DNA from: Methanobacteriota archaeon
GTDB taxonomy: Archaea; Thermoplasmatota; DTKX01; VGTL01
Assembly: GCA_016874675.1 (NCBI GenBank)
Contig: VGTL01000003.1
Coordinates: 11,346 to 75,345 of the forward strand
Reading direction: 5' to 3'
Length of the DNA: 64,000 bases
This document shows, piece by piece, positions 19,977 through 29,421 of the stretch. How positions within the stretch are numbered: the stretch's first letter is position 1; the number at the start of each line of letters is the position of its first letter. Made by a program: the position numbers and the translations under genes. Under the pieces are notes generated by a model. It made no database searches. It was given only the letters and a program-made list of their open reading frames with translations, and was not told the origin of the DNA.

Positions 19977-20807
19977 GTGGACTGGCTCGAGGCGCTTCTG
20001 CTGGGCGTCATCCAGGGCCTGACCGAGTGGCTTCCGGTGAGCAGCTCCGGCCATCTGGCCCTCGCCCACAGCTATCTCGGAGAGGTGCCGGTGGTCATCG
20101 ACGTCATGCTCCATTTCGGGACGATGGTCGTCCTTATAGTGTATTTCCGGAAGGAGGTGGGGATGGTGGGGCGCTCGGCGGGCGCCGTGCTGCGGGAGGT
20201 GGCGCGCGGGGCGGGATGGAAGGAGGCGATCTACAGGGACGCCCAACGGAGGCTCTCCTTTCTCATAGTGCTGGCCCTCGTCCCGACGGCGGTCCTCGCC
20301 CTGGCCTTCCGGTTCCTCCTGGGCGGGGCCCTGTTTTCGAACCTGCCCCTGGTCGCGGCCGGCTTCGCGGCCAGCGGGGCGATGCTCGTGCTCTGCGGCT
20401 TCGCAAGGAAGGGGGACCGGACGGATGACCGGCTCACGGTGGGAGATTCGATGGCGGTCGGGACCGCCCAGGGGGTCGCCTTCCTGCCCGGGTTCTCGCG
20501 GTCGGGGCTCACCATCGCCACCGGGATGCTCCGGGGCCTGGAGCCCCGGGCCGCCGGCCGCTACTCGTTCCTCATAATGCTCCCGGCAGTGCTCGGGGCC
20601 ATGGTCTTTTCCCTGCCGGACCTGGGCGTCGTCGGCCGGGAGCTCGTCGTTTTGGGACTGGCAGCCATGGCCGTGGCGATGGTCGTCGGCTGGCTGAGCC
20701 TGGACCTGCTGATGCGCATCCTGAAGAAAGGCGGGGTCCAGTACTTCGCCCCCTACTGCTTCCTCGCCTGCGGCCTGACGGTGCTCATCGCACTGGGATA
20801 TTTGTGA
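19977..20807 (+). CDS. uppP: Undecaprenyl-diphosphatase (UppP/BacA).
   Basis: LLGVIQGLTEWLPVSSSGHL...FSRSG.TI..G are the BacA family motifs. Polytopic membrane protein. Confidence 0.85.
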   Translation: MDWLEALLLGVIQGLTEWLPVSSSGHLALAHSYLGEVPVVIDVMLHFGTMVVLIVYFRKEVGMVGRSAGAVLREVARGAGWKEAIYRDAQRRLSFLIVLALVPTAVLALAFRFLLGGALFSNLPLVAAGFAASGAMLVLCGFARKGDRTDDRLTVGDSMAVGTAQGVAFLPGFSRSGLTIATGMLRGLEPRAAGRYSFLIMLPAVLGAMVFSLPDLGVVGRELVVLGLAAMAVAMVVGWLSLDLLMRILKKGGVQYFAPYCFLACGLTVLIALGYL

Positions 20808-20935
20808 AAAGGGGCAAGGCGCAGGGCGCAAGGGGTGAAGGCGCAGGGCGCAAGGACCTTGCGCCTTGACCCATGAGCCTTGCGCCTTGCGCCCTGCGCC
20901 CTGCGCCTTCCCTCATTCCCTTCGCAGGCTCAGCT
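20805..20935. repeat. Composite palindrome (GCGCAGGG/GCGCAAGG ... CCTTGCGCC/CCCTGCGCC).
   Basis: ggcaaggcgcagggcgcaaggggtgaaggcgcagggcgcaagg ... ccttgcgccttgcgccctgcgccctgcgcc. Confidence 0.65.
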
Positions 20936-21242
20936 TGGCCTTGCGCTCGTCCTCCTCGCGCTTGTGCCTCTGGCGCTCGTCGAGGAAGGCCGTTATGCGC
21001 CCGCGGGCGAGGCGCTCGGCCTCGGTGGCGCCCTTCTCGAGGATCCATTTCCCGCAGTCCACCTCGAGGTGGTCGATGAAATCCGTCGGGAGGGTGAACC
21101 GGCCGCGCTCCTTCGCGATGTCCTGGCGGACCTTGAGGATGAGCTCGTGGATCGTGTTGTGGGCGTATATCTCGACCAGGTGGTAAGGGGTCCCGTCGGT
21201 GGGAAGCGGCCGGGGCCGGCTCCCCCTCTCTTTTTCGCTCAT
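20913..21242 (-). CDS. Hypothetical protein of 109 aa, co-directional with and immediately downstream of pan.
   Basis: Open frame with normal composition. No family recognised. Confidence 0.3.
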   Translation of the reverse strand: MSEKERGSRPRPLPTDGTPYHLVEIYAHNTIHELILKVRQDIAKERGRFTLPTDFIDHLEVDCGKWILEKGATEAERLARGRITAFLDERQRHKREEDERKAKLSLRRE

Positions 21243-21248
21243 CGGTCC

Positions 21249-22472
21249 TCAGGCGAACATCACGCCGGCCTCGCCGTACTTCTTCGTCGAGCCGTGGAGC
21301 GCCTTGTCCAGCGCCTGCTCGAAGTCGCGGGCGGCGACCCTGTCGCGGTTGTCGCGTATGGCGAACATGCCTGCCTCGGTGCATATGGCCTTGATGTCGG
21401 CGCCTGTCGCGCCCTCGCACCTCTGGGCCAGCGAGTAGAACTCTATGCCGGGGTCTATGTTCATCTTGCGGGTGTGGATTTTGAATATCTCGAACCGGGC
21501 CTCCAGTGGGGGCACGGGTATCTCGATGATGCGGTCGAACCGGCCCGGCCGCAGCAGCGCCTCGTCGAGTATGTCCGCCCGGTTGGTCGCGGCCACTATC
21601 TTGACGTCGCCTATCGGGTCGAAGCCGTCCATCTCGGCCAGAAGCTGCATCAGGGTGCGCTGCACCTCTCGGTCGCCCGAGGTGGCCACCTCGAGCCGCT
21701 TGGCCCCTATTGCGTCCAGCTCGTCGATGAAGAGGATGCTCGGCGCCTTCTCCCGGGCGAGCTCGAAGAGCTCCCGCACCAGCCGGGCGCCCTCGCCGAT
21801 GTACTTCTGGACGAGCTCGGAGCCGACCAGCCGTATGAACGTGGCCTTGGTCTGCTGGGCCACGGCCTTCGCAAGAAGGGTCTTCCCGGTGCCGGGGGAC
21901 CCGATGAGAAGCACGCCCTTGGGGGGCTCGATGCCCACCTTGCGGAAGAGCTCCGGGCGGGTCAGCGGGTACTCGACGCACTCCTTTACCTCGCGGATCT
22001 GGTCGACGAGGCCCCCTATGTCCTCGTAGCCGACGCCGGGCTTCTCTATGACCTCGCCGCTGGTCACCAGCGGGTCCTTGGAGGCGGGCAGTATCCCCAT
22101 TATCGCCAGGGTCTGCTTGTTCATCGACACGCGGGTGCCGGGGGAGAGCTTCTTCCGGTCGATGTAGTCGGCCGAGTAGACGATGAAGTCGGGGCCTGTG
22201 CTGGACCGTATCACGACGCGCCCGTCCTCGAGGGCGTCGCGGACGTACCCCACGATCAGGGGCGGGGTCTTGAGCCTCTCGAGCTCCACCCGGAGGCGCT
22301 TTATCTCCTTCTGGAGCCGCAGGAGCTCGTTTTCGACGTACCGCCTCTCGCTCTCCGCCCGGCGGACGTCCTCCACGAGCTGGGCGTTCTTGCTCTCCAG
22401 CGCCGAGATCCGGTCGGCCAGGTAATGCGAAAGGTCCGCCCCGGCCTCGGCCGTCTCCTCCCGCTCGCCCAT
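21249..22472 (-). CDS. pan: Proteasome-activating nucleotidase (AAA+ ATPase), 407 aa.
   Basis: N-terminal coiled coil, an OB region, Walker A GSPGTGKT, ...ILFIDELDAIG..., second region of homology. An AT-rich promoter (caatatatacat on the minus strand) lies near 22515-22535. Confidence 0.9.
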   Translation of the reverse strand: MGEREETAEAGADLSHYLADRISALESKNAQLVEDVRRAESERRYVENELLRLQKEIKRLRVELERLKTPPLIVGYVRDALEDGRVVIRSSTGPDFIVYSADYIDRKKLSPGTRVSMNKQTLAIMGILPASKDPLVTSGEVIEKPGVGYEDIGGLVDQIREVKECVEYPLTRPELFRKVGIEPPKGVLLIGSPGTGKTLLAKAVAQQTKATFIRLVGSELVQKYIGEGARLVRELFELAREKAPSILFIDELDAIGAKRLEVATSGDREVQRTLMQLLAEMDGFDPIGDVKIVAATNRADILDEALLRPGRFDRIIEIPVPPLEARFEIFKIHTRKMNIDPGIEFYSLAQRCEGATGADIKAICTEAGMFAIRDNRDRVAARDFEQALDKALHGSTKKYGEAGVMFA

Positions 22473-22554
22473 GTGTCCACCCGAGTGTGAGCAAACAACA
22501 CAATTAAGGTGGATGTATATATTGTTTGCTAGACGGAAATCGAAACAAGCGATG

Positions 22555-22690
22555 TGAAGGCGGCAATGCAGGATGGCAGAAAGGCAGGAAGGGAGGCAGA
22601 ATGGCAGGACGGCAGAACGGGGATTGGTCTTTGGTCCCCTCCTGCCTTGCTGCCTTGCTGCCTTGCTGCCTTGCCGCCCATCGATTAAAA
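22555..22690. repeat. Composite palindrome with GGCAGGA/GGCAGAA units and complementary CTGCCTTG units.
   Basis: gcaggatggcagaaaggcaggaagggaggcagaatggcaggacggcag ... cctgccttgctgccttgctgccttgctgccttgcc. Confidence 0.7.
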
Positions 22691-22728
22691 TTATATGGGC
22701 CAACGCGGATGAGGAGTCGGCGATACCG

Positions 22729-23214
22729 TTGCTTTGCGAGGTATGCGGCAGGCAGACGTCGATGCTCCGGGTGGTCCTGATCGAAGGCTCGGAGCTCAAC
22801 GCCTGCCCCGACTGCGCCAGATTCGGCGTGGAGCGCGCCCCCAAGCCGAAGGCGTCCACCGCCCCGGTGCACATCTCCGAGGCGATCGAGCGCCGCGAGA
22901 AGCGCTCCCTGACGCGCGATGTCCTCTCGGACGGGACCGAGGAGCTGGTCTCCGATTTCCACGTCCGTATCCGCCGGGCCCGGGAGAAGCTGCTTTGGTC
23001 CCCCGAGGACCTCGGCCGGAAGATAAACGAGAAAAAGAGCGTTATCCTCAAGCTCGAGGGCGGCCAGATGCGCCCCGACGACTCGCTCATCCGCAAGCTC
23101 GAGCGGACCCTGAACATCAAGCTCAGGGAGAGGCCCACGATGGCCTCCGCCCCCAAGTCGGCAGTCCAGCGCGGCCTCACCCTCGGGGACCTCATTCGAA
23201 TCGAAAAAAAATGA
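22729..23214 (+). CDS. mbf1: Archaeal MBF1 homolog (N-terminal zinc ribbon plus XRE-type HTH), probably with a TTG start.
   Basis: (M)LCEVCGRQ...CPDCARFG zinc ribbon, then ...WSPEDLGRKINEKKSVILKLEGGQMRPDDSLIRKLERTLNIKL HTH. The ORF opens upstream inside the repeat element. TTG at 22729 gives the canonical M-x-C-E-x-C-G start. A TATA-like aaaattatatgg lies just upstream. Confidence 0.55.
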   Translation: MLCEVCGRQTSMLRVVLIEGSELNACPDCARFGVERAPKPKASTAPVHISEAIERREKRSLTRDVLSDGTEELVSDFHVRIRRAREKLLWSPEDLGRKINEKKSVILKLEGGQMRPDDSLIRKLERTLNIKLRERPTMASAPKSAVQRGLTLGDLIRIEKK

Positions 23215-23405
23215 TATGAGGCGCAAGGCGCAAGGCGCAGGGCGCAGGGCGCAGGGGGCGAAGGCGCAAGATGGAAGGATCAAGGGAACGACCGCTGATT
23301 CCTCCCTTGTCCCTCGCGCCTCATCCCTCGCGCCTTCAGCCTTGCGCCTCGCGCCTTCAGCCTTGCGCCTCGCGCCCTGCGCCCTGCGCCTTCCCGAAGA
23401 AGTAT
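23215..23405. repeat. Composite palindrome (GGCGCAAGG/GGCGCAGGG ... CCTTGCGCC/CCTCGCGCC).
   Basis: ggcgcaaggcgcaaggcgcagggcgcagggcgcaggg ... cttgcgcctcgcgccttcagccttgcgcctcgcgccctgcgccctgcgcc. Confidence 0.7.
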
Positions 23406-23517
23406 ATATCGTGAAGACAATACGTCATGGCGGTGGTTCGCGCTGGGCCGGGCGGGGGCGGGGTCGGGCCGTGGGGGCGCCGCCCCATCGCAGTCCGACG
23501 GGTCGCCCGGCGAGGCC

Positions 23518-26037
23518 GTGGTGGTCGTCATAGAGGACAACGGCAACGGGAACGGCCTGCCGCGCCCGGTGGAGTCCTTCCTCAACTCCTACACGCGCTT
23601 TCTCCGGCGGAGGGCCGAGTTCGTCGTGCTGGCCCTGGTGGTGCTCACCGCGGCGTTCGTCCCGGTTCTCCAGCAGATGCGGTTCGAGACCGACCTCGAA
23701 CAGTTCCTGCCCGAGGACCCGGTCATCGACGCCGACCGGCGGGCGGAGGGCTTTTTCGGGGCGCCGGCCGATCCGCAGTACTTCCTCGTCTCCGGCCCCA
23801 ACGTGCTGGCCCCGGCCGCGCTTCGGGAGGAGCTCAACATCACCCTCCAGGCGCGGTACATCGAGGGGGTGACCGAGACCCTGTCCCTCGCCGGCCTTCT
23901 CGACGAGGCCGCGCGCTGGGAGTTCGACGGCGCCAACTGGACCCGGCACCCCGACCGCGGGCTGCTCAACATGTCCGACGCGGAGGTCGTCGCGCTGCGG
24001 GACCTCGCGCTCTCAGTCCTGGACCCGGGGCTAGACCTTTCGGCCCTCCCGCTGCCGCCCGCGCTGGAGCCCGGGGACCTGCGCCTCCTGGTCTCCTCGC
24101 TCCTACCCGGGGACTTCCGGCCCGGCGACACCGGGGCCCCCTCGACCGTGGTCATCGCCGGCATCAACGGCTCCCTGTCCCCCGAGAGGCGCAAGGACGT
24201 GTCGGCGCTGCTCTCCGACCGGGTCGGCGCGCTGGGGCTTCGGGAGATCCGGGTGTCGACGACCTCGACCTCACTGCTCACCCGCGAGGTGGACCGCGCC
24301 ACCGTCCACGACAACCTTCCCATCGCGCTGGTGATAGTGGTGACTGTGTGCACCATCCTGGCCCTGGCGCTGCACCACTGGTCCTATGTCCTGCTCCCGC
24401 TCGCCTGCCTGGCCATGGCGGCCATCTGGACCTTCGGCTCCGCCATGCTGCTGGGGATCCGGCTCATCGCCATCGACATCGCCGTGATCCCCCTCATCGT
24501 CGGGCTCGGCGTGGACTACGTCATCCACGTGTCCCTGCGCTACCAGGAGGAGCTGGAGCGGGAGCGGAGACCGGGCCGGGCGATGTCCAACGCCCTGGTG
24601 GCCATCTTCTCCTCCATGTCGCTTGCGGTGCTCACCACCCTGGCGGCCTTCCTGACCTCGGTCTTCACGGGCATCCAGCCGATAAGGGAGTTCGGCCTGC
24701 TGTGCGCCCTGGGCGTCGGCTCCTGCGCGCTCCTGGCGGCCACGTTCTATCCGGCGGCGCGCATCCTGCTGGACCGGCGCCGGGCGGACGCCCGGGTGAG
24801 GACCCTTCGGAACACCCGCCTCTTCACGCACGGCATGGCCCTCGGCGCCGGGGCGGTCCGGAGGTTCCCGGCGGCGGTCGTGGTGGCCGTCATGGTCCTG
24901 ACCTTCGGGGGCCTTCTCGGGGCCTTCCACCTGCGCACGGAGTTCGGGGTGGAGGACTTCGTCCAGCCCGACTGGCCTGCGATGAGGACCGTCGAGCGGC
25001 TCCGTGAGGAGTTCCCGGGAGCCAGCATGTACCAGTCCGTCATCCTCCTCGAGGGGGACATCGCCAACCCGGCCACGCTCTGGGCCATATTCAACATCAC
25101 AGAGCGCGCCGGCGAGTCGAGGTTCGTCGTGAGATCGACCGTCGGCGGCACAGACATTCCCAAGGTGCAGAGCGCCGCCACGGTGGTCCGGCGCGCGCTG
25201 GCCCAGGACCCCGCGCTCGCCTCCCGATTCAATATCTCGGGGACGGGTCCCCTGCCCGCCTGCGGCCCTGACGACGTGGCGGGGCTCTTCGACCATCTGC
25301 GGGCGAACCAGACCTTCGGCGAGGCGTTCGGCCAGGTGGTCCACCGGGGGCATCGCTACGATGCCGCGGTCGTCAGGGTGTACAGCTTCGTGCGCGACAC
25401 CGCCCAGGGAAGGGAGCTCTACCGCGAGCTCTCTGAGGCGGCGGGAGGGGCCGGCACGGCCACGGGCGGGACGATCCTCACCATCCGAACCCTGGACGCC
25501 TTCCGCGACAGCCAGATATCGTCGACGGTGGTGTCCGTGGTCTTTGCGGCGCTCTTCCTCGTGGCGGTCTACCGCAAGCCGGTGCTGGGGCTCCTCTCGT
25601 TGCTGCCGGTGGCCCTGTCGGCCATCTGGGTCCTGGGCACCATGTTCGTCCTGTCCATCTCGCTGAACGCGCTGACACTGACCGTGACCGCCCTGACCAT
25701 AGGGCTCGGGATAGACTACACCATCTACATCACGCAGCGGTTCCGGCAGGAGATGGCGTGCAAGCGCCCCGCCCCGGCCATGCACGACACGATAATGAAC
25801 CTCGGCGCCCCCATCTTCCTGAGCGCGCTGACCACCTGGGCGGGTTTCGGCGTGCTGGCCCTGTCCCCGATGCCCCTGACCCAGCAGTTCGGGGTGGTGA
25901 GCGCGGCGACGATCGGGTACTCGTTCCTGCTGGGGACCTTCGTCTTCCCCATCTTCCTGGTTGCCCTGGAGGTGTGGAAGCGCCGGCGGGGTCGCGGGGG
26001 CGGGGCACCGGCCACCGGTGGTGACGAGGGAGAGTGA
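23518..26037 (+). CDS. MMPL/RND-superfamily membrane transporter (two MMPL/SSD domains), 839 aa.
   Basis: Two blocks each with about 6 TM helices and large intervening loops. Typical MMPL family composition (..LPLIVGLGVDYVIH.., ..TIGLGIDYTIY..). Confidence 0.75.
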   Translation: MVVVIEDNGNGNGLPRPVESFLNSYTRFLRRRAEFVVLALVVLTAAFVPVLQQMRFETDLEQFLPEDPVIDADRRAEGFFGAPADPQYFLVSGPNVLAPAALREELNITLQARYIEGVTETLSLAGLLDEAARWEFDGANWTRHPDRGLLNMSDAEVVALRDLALSVLDPGLDLSALPLPPALEPGDLRLLVSSLLPGDFRPGDTGAPSTVVIAGINGSLSPERRKDVSALLSDRVGALGLREIRVSTTSTSLLTREVDRATVHDNLPIALVIVVTVCTILALALHHWSYVLLPLACLAMAAIWTFGSAMLLGIRLIAIDIAVIPLIVGLGVDYVIHVSLRYQEELERERRPGRAMSNALVAIFSSMSLAVLTTLAAFLTSVFTGIQPIREFGLLCALGVGSCALLAATFYPAARILLDRRRADARVRTLRNTRLFTHGMALGAGAVRRFPAAVVVAVMVLTFGGLLGAFHLRTEFGVEDFVQPDWPAMRTVERLREEFPGASMYQSVILLEGDIANPATLWAIFNITERAGESRFVVRSTVGGTDIPKVQSAATVVRRALAQDPALASRFNISGTGPLPACGPDDVAGLFDHLRANQTFGEAFGQVVHRGHRYDAAVVRVYSFVRDTAQGRELYRELSEAAGGAGTATGGTILTIRTLDAFRDSQISSTVVSVVFAALFLVAVYRKPVLGLLSLLPVALSAIWVLGTMFVLSISLNALTLTVTALTIGLGIDYTIYITQRFRQEMACKRPAPAMHDTIMNLGAPIFLSALTTWAGFGVLALSPMPLTQQFGVVSAATIGYSFLLGTFVFPIFLVALEVWKRRRGRGGGAPATGGDEGE

Positions 26038-26039
26038 AG

Positions 26040-26160
26040 GACGCGGGAAGGGCAGCGGGCAGTGGGCAGCGGCGGACGACGGGCTCCGCGTCGTCACCGC
26101 TCCCTGCTGCCCGCTGCCCGCTGCCTTTCCCCCCCGCTGCCTGCTGCCTTGCTGCCTCGT
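26040..26160. repeat. Composite palindrome (GGGCAGCG/GGGCAGTG ... CTGCCCGCTGCC).
   Basis: gggcagcgggcagtgggcagcggcggacgacgggctccgcgtcgtcaccgctccctgctgcccgctgcccgctgcc. Confidence 0.7.
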
Positions 26161-26251
26161 TTTATATAAGATAATTTATTTATACTTCATACTGTTACGA
26201 ACGTATATTGACGGAAGGTGGCTCGCTCTGAGGCGGTTCGTCGGGGCCGTC

Positions 26252-29200
26252 GTGGCGGTCCTGTCCCTGCTGGCGGGGCTTCCGTTCCAGCCGGTCCAGG
26301 CCTCCGTATACCAGGCCAGCGCCGAGCCCGTGGCGCCCTCCTGGATTAATCCCTCCTCCCGGCCCGTGGCGGTCATCGGGATAAACCTGTCCCAGAACTC
26401 GGGGGAGAGGCTGCTGGAGGTGGGGGTCAGCTTCACGGACACCGGCGGGGACGGCGACTTCACCACCACCGACCTGCTCCCGCTTTCCAAGGACGCCTCG
26501 AGCGGGGTGGCGCTCTACCTGGACAACAAGAGCGCCGGCAGCTTTGGAACGTTCGACGCGGCGGACCGCCCGATCGCCCTCTCGGCCGTACCGGCGTGGA
26601 CCGCGGGCAACTCCTCTTTCCGCACCCTGCTCCGGACCGGCGGCACCGCCATCCCGGCCAACGACCTCGGCAACAACACCGGCCCCGACCTGTTCGTGGT
26701 CGTCCGCACGAGCTCCACCGCCTCGGAGGGGGACGACTTCTCCGTTTCGCTTGGGCCCGATGACGTACTGGTCGAGGGGGGACCGCTCGATTTCCCGGCG
26801 GCGGACACCGACACGATAACGGTCGATGCCACTTCGCCCCGGGCGAGGGCCGGACCCGACATCACGGTGGACGAGGGCGTGGAGACGGGGTTCAGCGCCG
26901 CCACATCCACGGACAACATCGGCATCGCCAACTACACCTGGACGTTTGGGGATTTCGGACCGGACTTCCGGGCGTGGGGCGTCTACGTCACGCATGCCTT
27001 CGCCGCGCCGGGGAGGTTCCTGGTCCTCCTCAACGTGACCGACTACGCCGGGAACTCGGACGTCGCGGCGCTGACCGTCACGGTGCGGAACGTGAACCAG
27101 CCGCCGGCAATAACATCGACGCCCGTCACCGCCGCCCTGCAGGGCTCTCCCTACTACTACCTGCTGACGGCGACGGACCCGGACCACGACACATTGCGGT
27201 TCCTGGTCCTCTCGGCGCCTCCCAACATGACGGTCAACCCCTTGAACGGCCTGGTGTCCTGGGTCCCGGGCCAGGGGGATGTCGGCGGGGTGTCGGTCAC
27301 GCTCGGCGTCACCGACGACAAGAGCCCGGTGGTGAGGCAGTCCTACACAATAGAGGTCCGGGACGTCAACGACCCGCCTTGGTTCACCAGCCTGCCGGTG
27401 TATCTGGCGACCCAGGGACAGTCGTATTCATACAGGGCCGGGGCCCAGGACCCGGACAACAACCAGCTGGTCTACGGGCTCGTCGCCGGGCCGGCCAACA
27501 TGACCGTCGGCAAATTCTCCGGCCTCGTGACCTGGACCCCGGCCTGGGACCAGGTCGGCCTCAACAGGGTGGTGCTCTCCGCTTCCGACGGCCAGTACAC
27601 CGTGTACCAGGACTTCTGCGTGACCGTCATCAACACCAACGACCCCCCGGTCATAGTCTCCGTGCCGCCCACCACGGCGCTCCAGGGCGTTCCCTACGGC
27701 TTCAGGGTCCAGGCGTTCGACCCCGACGGGGACGTGGTGAGGTTCTTCCTGAACGGCTCGCCGCCCGGGATGGTGCTGGACGAGGTCAGCGGGGTCCTCG
27801 ACTGGACGCCCTCGGCGGACCAGGTCGGGGAGGTGCAGGTGAAGCTCGAGGCCACGGACAGGCACGGCGGCCAAAGCAACCTGTCGTACACCATAATTGT
27901 GGTCAACGTCAACGACCCTCCGGTGATAACGAGCGCCCCGCCGCCGACCGCCCGGCAGGGGAGCCTCTACACCTACCAGGTCCGTGTTTCGGACCCCGAT
28001 GGCGACCCGGTGACGCTCTCCCTGCTCTCCCACCCGCCGGGGATGTCCGTCAACGCCTCGTCGGGGGTGGTGGAGTGGGTGCCCGGGCAGGAGTCCGTAG
28101 GCAGGGCAGAGGCGTCCATCCTGGCCTCGGACGGGCGGGGGGGGATTGCCGTCCAGAGCATCCAGCTCGCGGTGCAGGACACGAACGACGCTCCGGTCTT
28201 CCTGGGCGGGATCGCCCCGGTGGCGTACCAGAACCAGCCCTATGTCTCGCAGGTGCGCGCCTTCGACCCGGACGGGGACCAGCTCATCTACACCCTCATC
28301 AACCCGGAGGAGGACATCAGCCTGGACAGGCAGACCGGGACGCTGGTGTGGTACCCCCGGGTCCCCCAGGAGGCCAAGATAGCGGTCAGGGTGACCGACC
28401 CGAACGGCACCTCCGCCGATGAGGTCTTCACCGTGACGGTCAGGCCCTCGCCGGTGCCGCCGGTGGTGCAATCCATCGGGTTGCTCCGTGCCCGCGTCGG
28501 GGAGCGCTTCACCTACCAGATCGAGGCCTCCGACCCGGACGGGGGCAGGTTGAGGTTCTCCACCCCGTCCAGGATGCTGCGCATCAACGCCACCACGGGT
28601 GTTCTCTCATTCACTCCCCGTCCGGCGGACGCCGGGGTCCACGAGTTCACGGTGGAGGTGTCGGACACCGGCGGGATGAACACGACCGCCACCGGGGTCC
28701 TGGTGGTCGACCCCGAGGACGGGGGATTCTCCCTCGAGGGGATCTTCGGCTTCGCCATGGCCGGGCTCGCCGGCATCGACCCCCGGCTCGCCCTCACCAT
28801 CATCGTCGCCCTCGGGGCGGCCCTGGCGTACCAGTTCGCGCGATTGCGACGCCTGGACGAGCTGGAGCGGCCGGCCGGGGGGGAGGCACCGCCCGGGCCC
28901 GCAGGCGTGACCGAGGAGGAGCGGCGGGCGCTCCAGCTAAGGCAGTCGCGGGAGCTGGAGGCCCGGGAGGCGGCCATGAGGGACGCCGGCACCGCCGGGG
29001 CGGATGCCGGCATGGCAGCGGAGGAGCGGGAGCGCCTGGAGCGGAAGGCGAGGGAGTGGGATGCCGCGCTCCAGAAGGAGAGGGAGGCCCGGGAACTCAG
29101 GGAGAGGGCGCGGGAGGCCGGGGGACCGGTGCTCTCGAGAGAGGAGCAGGAGCGTCTCGAGAGGGAGGTCGAGGAGGAGCTGGCCGCGGCCGGGCTCGGC

Positions 29201-29359
29201 GGAACCGGAATCGACGTCGCCGGGGATGCCGGGAAGGGCGCCATCCAGGGCGAGACGCGAAAGACCGCGGAGGACGGCACCCGCAGGAAGGTACCGCCCA
29301 AGAGGTCCAAGAGGAGATCGAGGGACCGGGCCGGGCAGCGGGGAGGGGACAATCATTAA
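26252..29359 (+). CDS. Large type-I membrane protein. It has a signal peptide, about 8 cadherin-like / putative Ig (He_PIG-type) repeats and a PKD-like region, then one TM helix and a cytoplasmic Glu/Arg-rich coiled-coil tail.
   Basis: Repeats of the form ...ITSTPVTAALQGSPYYYLLTATDPDHDTLRFLVLSAPPNMTVNPLNGLVSWVPGQ.... TM helix ...ALTIIVALGAALAY.... Tail with ERLERKAREWDAALQKEREARELRERARE. Start uncertain (GTG 26252 or CTG 26228). An AT-rich promoter lies at roughly 26160-26215. Confidence 0.6.
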   Translation: MAVLSLLAGLPFQPVQASVYQASAEPVAPSWINPSSRPVAVIGINLSQNSGERLLEVGVSFTDTGGDGDFTTTDLLPLSKDASSGVALYLDNKSAGSFGTFDAADRPIALSAVPAWTAGNSSFRTLLRTGGTAIPANDLGNNTGPDLFVVVRTSSTASEGDDFSVSLGPDDVLVEGGPLDFPAADTDTITVDATSPRARAGPDITVDEGVETGFSAATSTDNIGIANYTWTFGDFGPDFRAWGVYVTHAFAAPGRFLVLLNVTDYAGNSDVAALTVTVRNVNQPPAITSTPVTAALQGSPYYYLLTATDPDHDTLRFLVLSAPPNMTVNPLNGLVSWVPGQGDVGGVSVTLGVTDDKSPVVRQSYTIEVRDVNDPPWFTSLPVYLATQGQSYSYRAGAQDPDNNQLVYGLVAGPANMTVGKFSGLVTWTPAWDQVGLNRVVLSASDGQYTVYQDFCVTVINTNDPPVIVSVPPTTALQGVPYGFRVQAFDPDGDVVRFFLNGSPPGMVLDEVSGVLDWTPSADQVGEVQVKLEATDRHGGQSNLSYTIIVVNVNDPPVITSAPPPTARQGSLYTYQVRVSDPDGDPVTLSLLSHPPGMSVNASSGVVEWVPGQESVGRAEASILASDGRGGIAVQSIQLAVQDTNDAPVFLGGIAPVAYQNQPYVSQVRAFDPDGDQLIYTLINPEEDISLDRQTGTLVWYPRVPQEAKIAVRVTDPNGTSADEVFTVTVRPSPVPPVVQSIGLLRARVGERFTYQIEASDPDGGRLRFSTPSRMLRINATTGVLSFTPRPADAGVHEFTVEVSDTGGMNTTATGVLVVDPEDGGFSLEGIFGFAMAGLAGIDPRLALTIIVALGAALAYQFARLRRLDELERPAGGEAPPGPAGVTEEERRALQLRQSRELEAREAAMRDAGTAGADAGMAAEERERLERKAREWDAALQKEREARELRERAREAGGPVLSREEQERLEREVEEELAAAGLGGTGIDVAGDAGKGAIQGETRKTAEDGTRRKVPPKRSKRRSRDRAGQRGGDNH

Positions 29360-29421
29360 GACCGCAGAGGGAGATTAACCGTGACTTCGGGAATCGGCGG
29401 AAAGCCGGGGGGCGGGGTAGG

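Noticed and set aside
20785-22503. 572-aa minus-strand ORF and 536-aa plus-strand ORF (20880-22490) overlapping pan.
   Set aside because: Arg/Gly/Pro-rich shadow ORFs in alternative frames or antisense of the well-supported PAN gene.
24271-26097. 608-aa minus-strand ORF antisense to the MMPL transporter.
   Set aside because: Low-complexity Arg/Gly/His-rich translation. Antisense artefact of a high-GC coding region.
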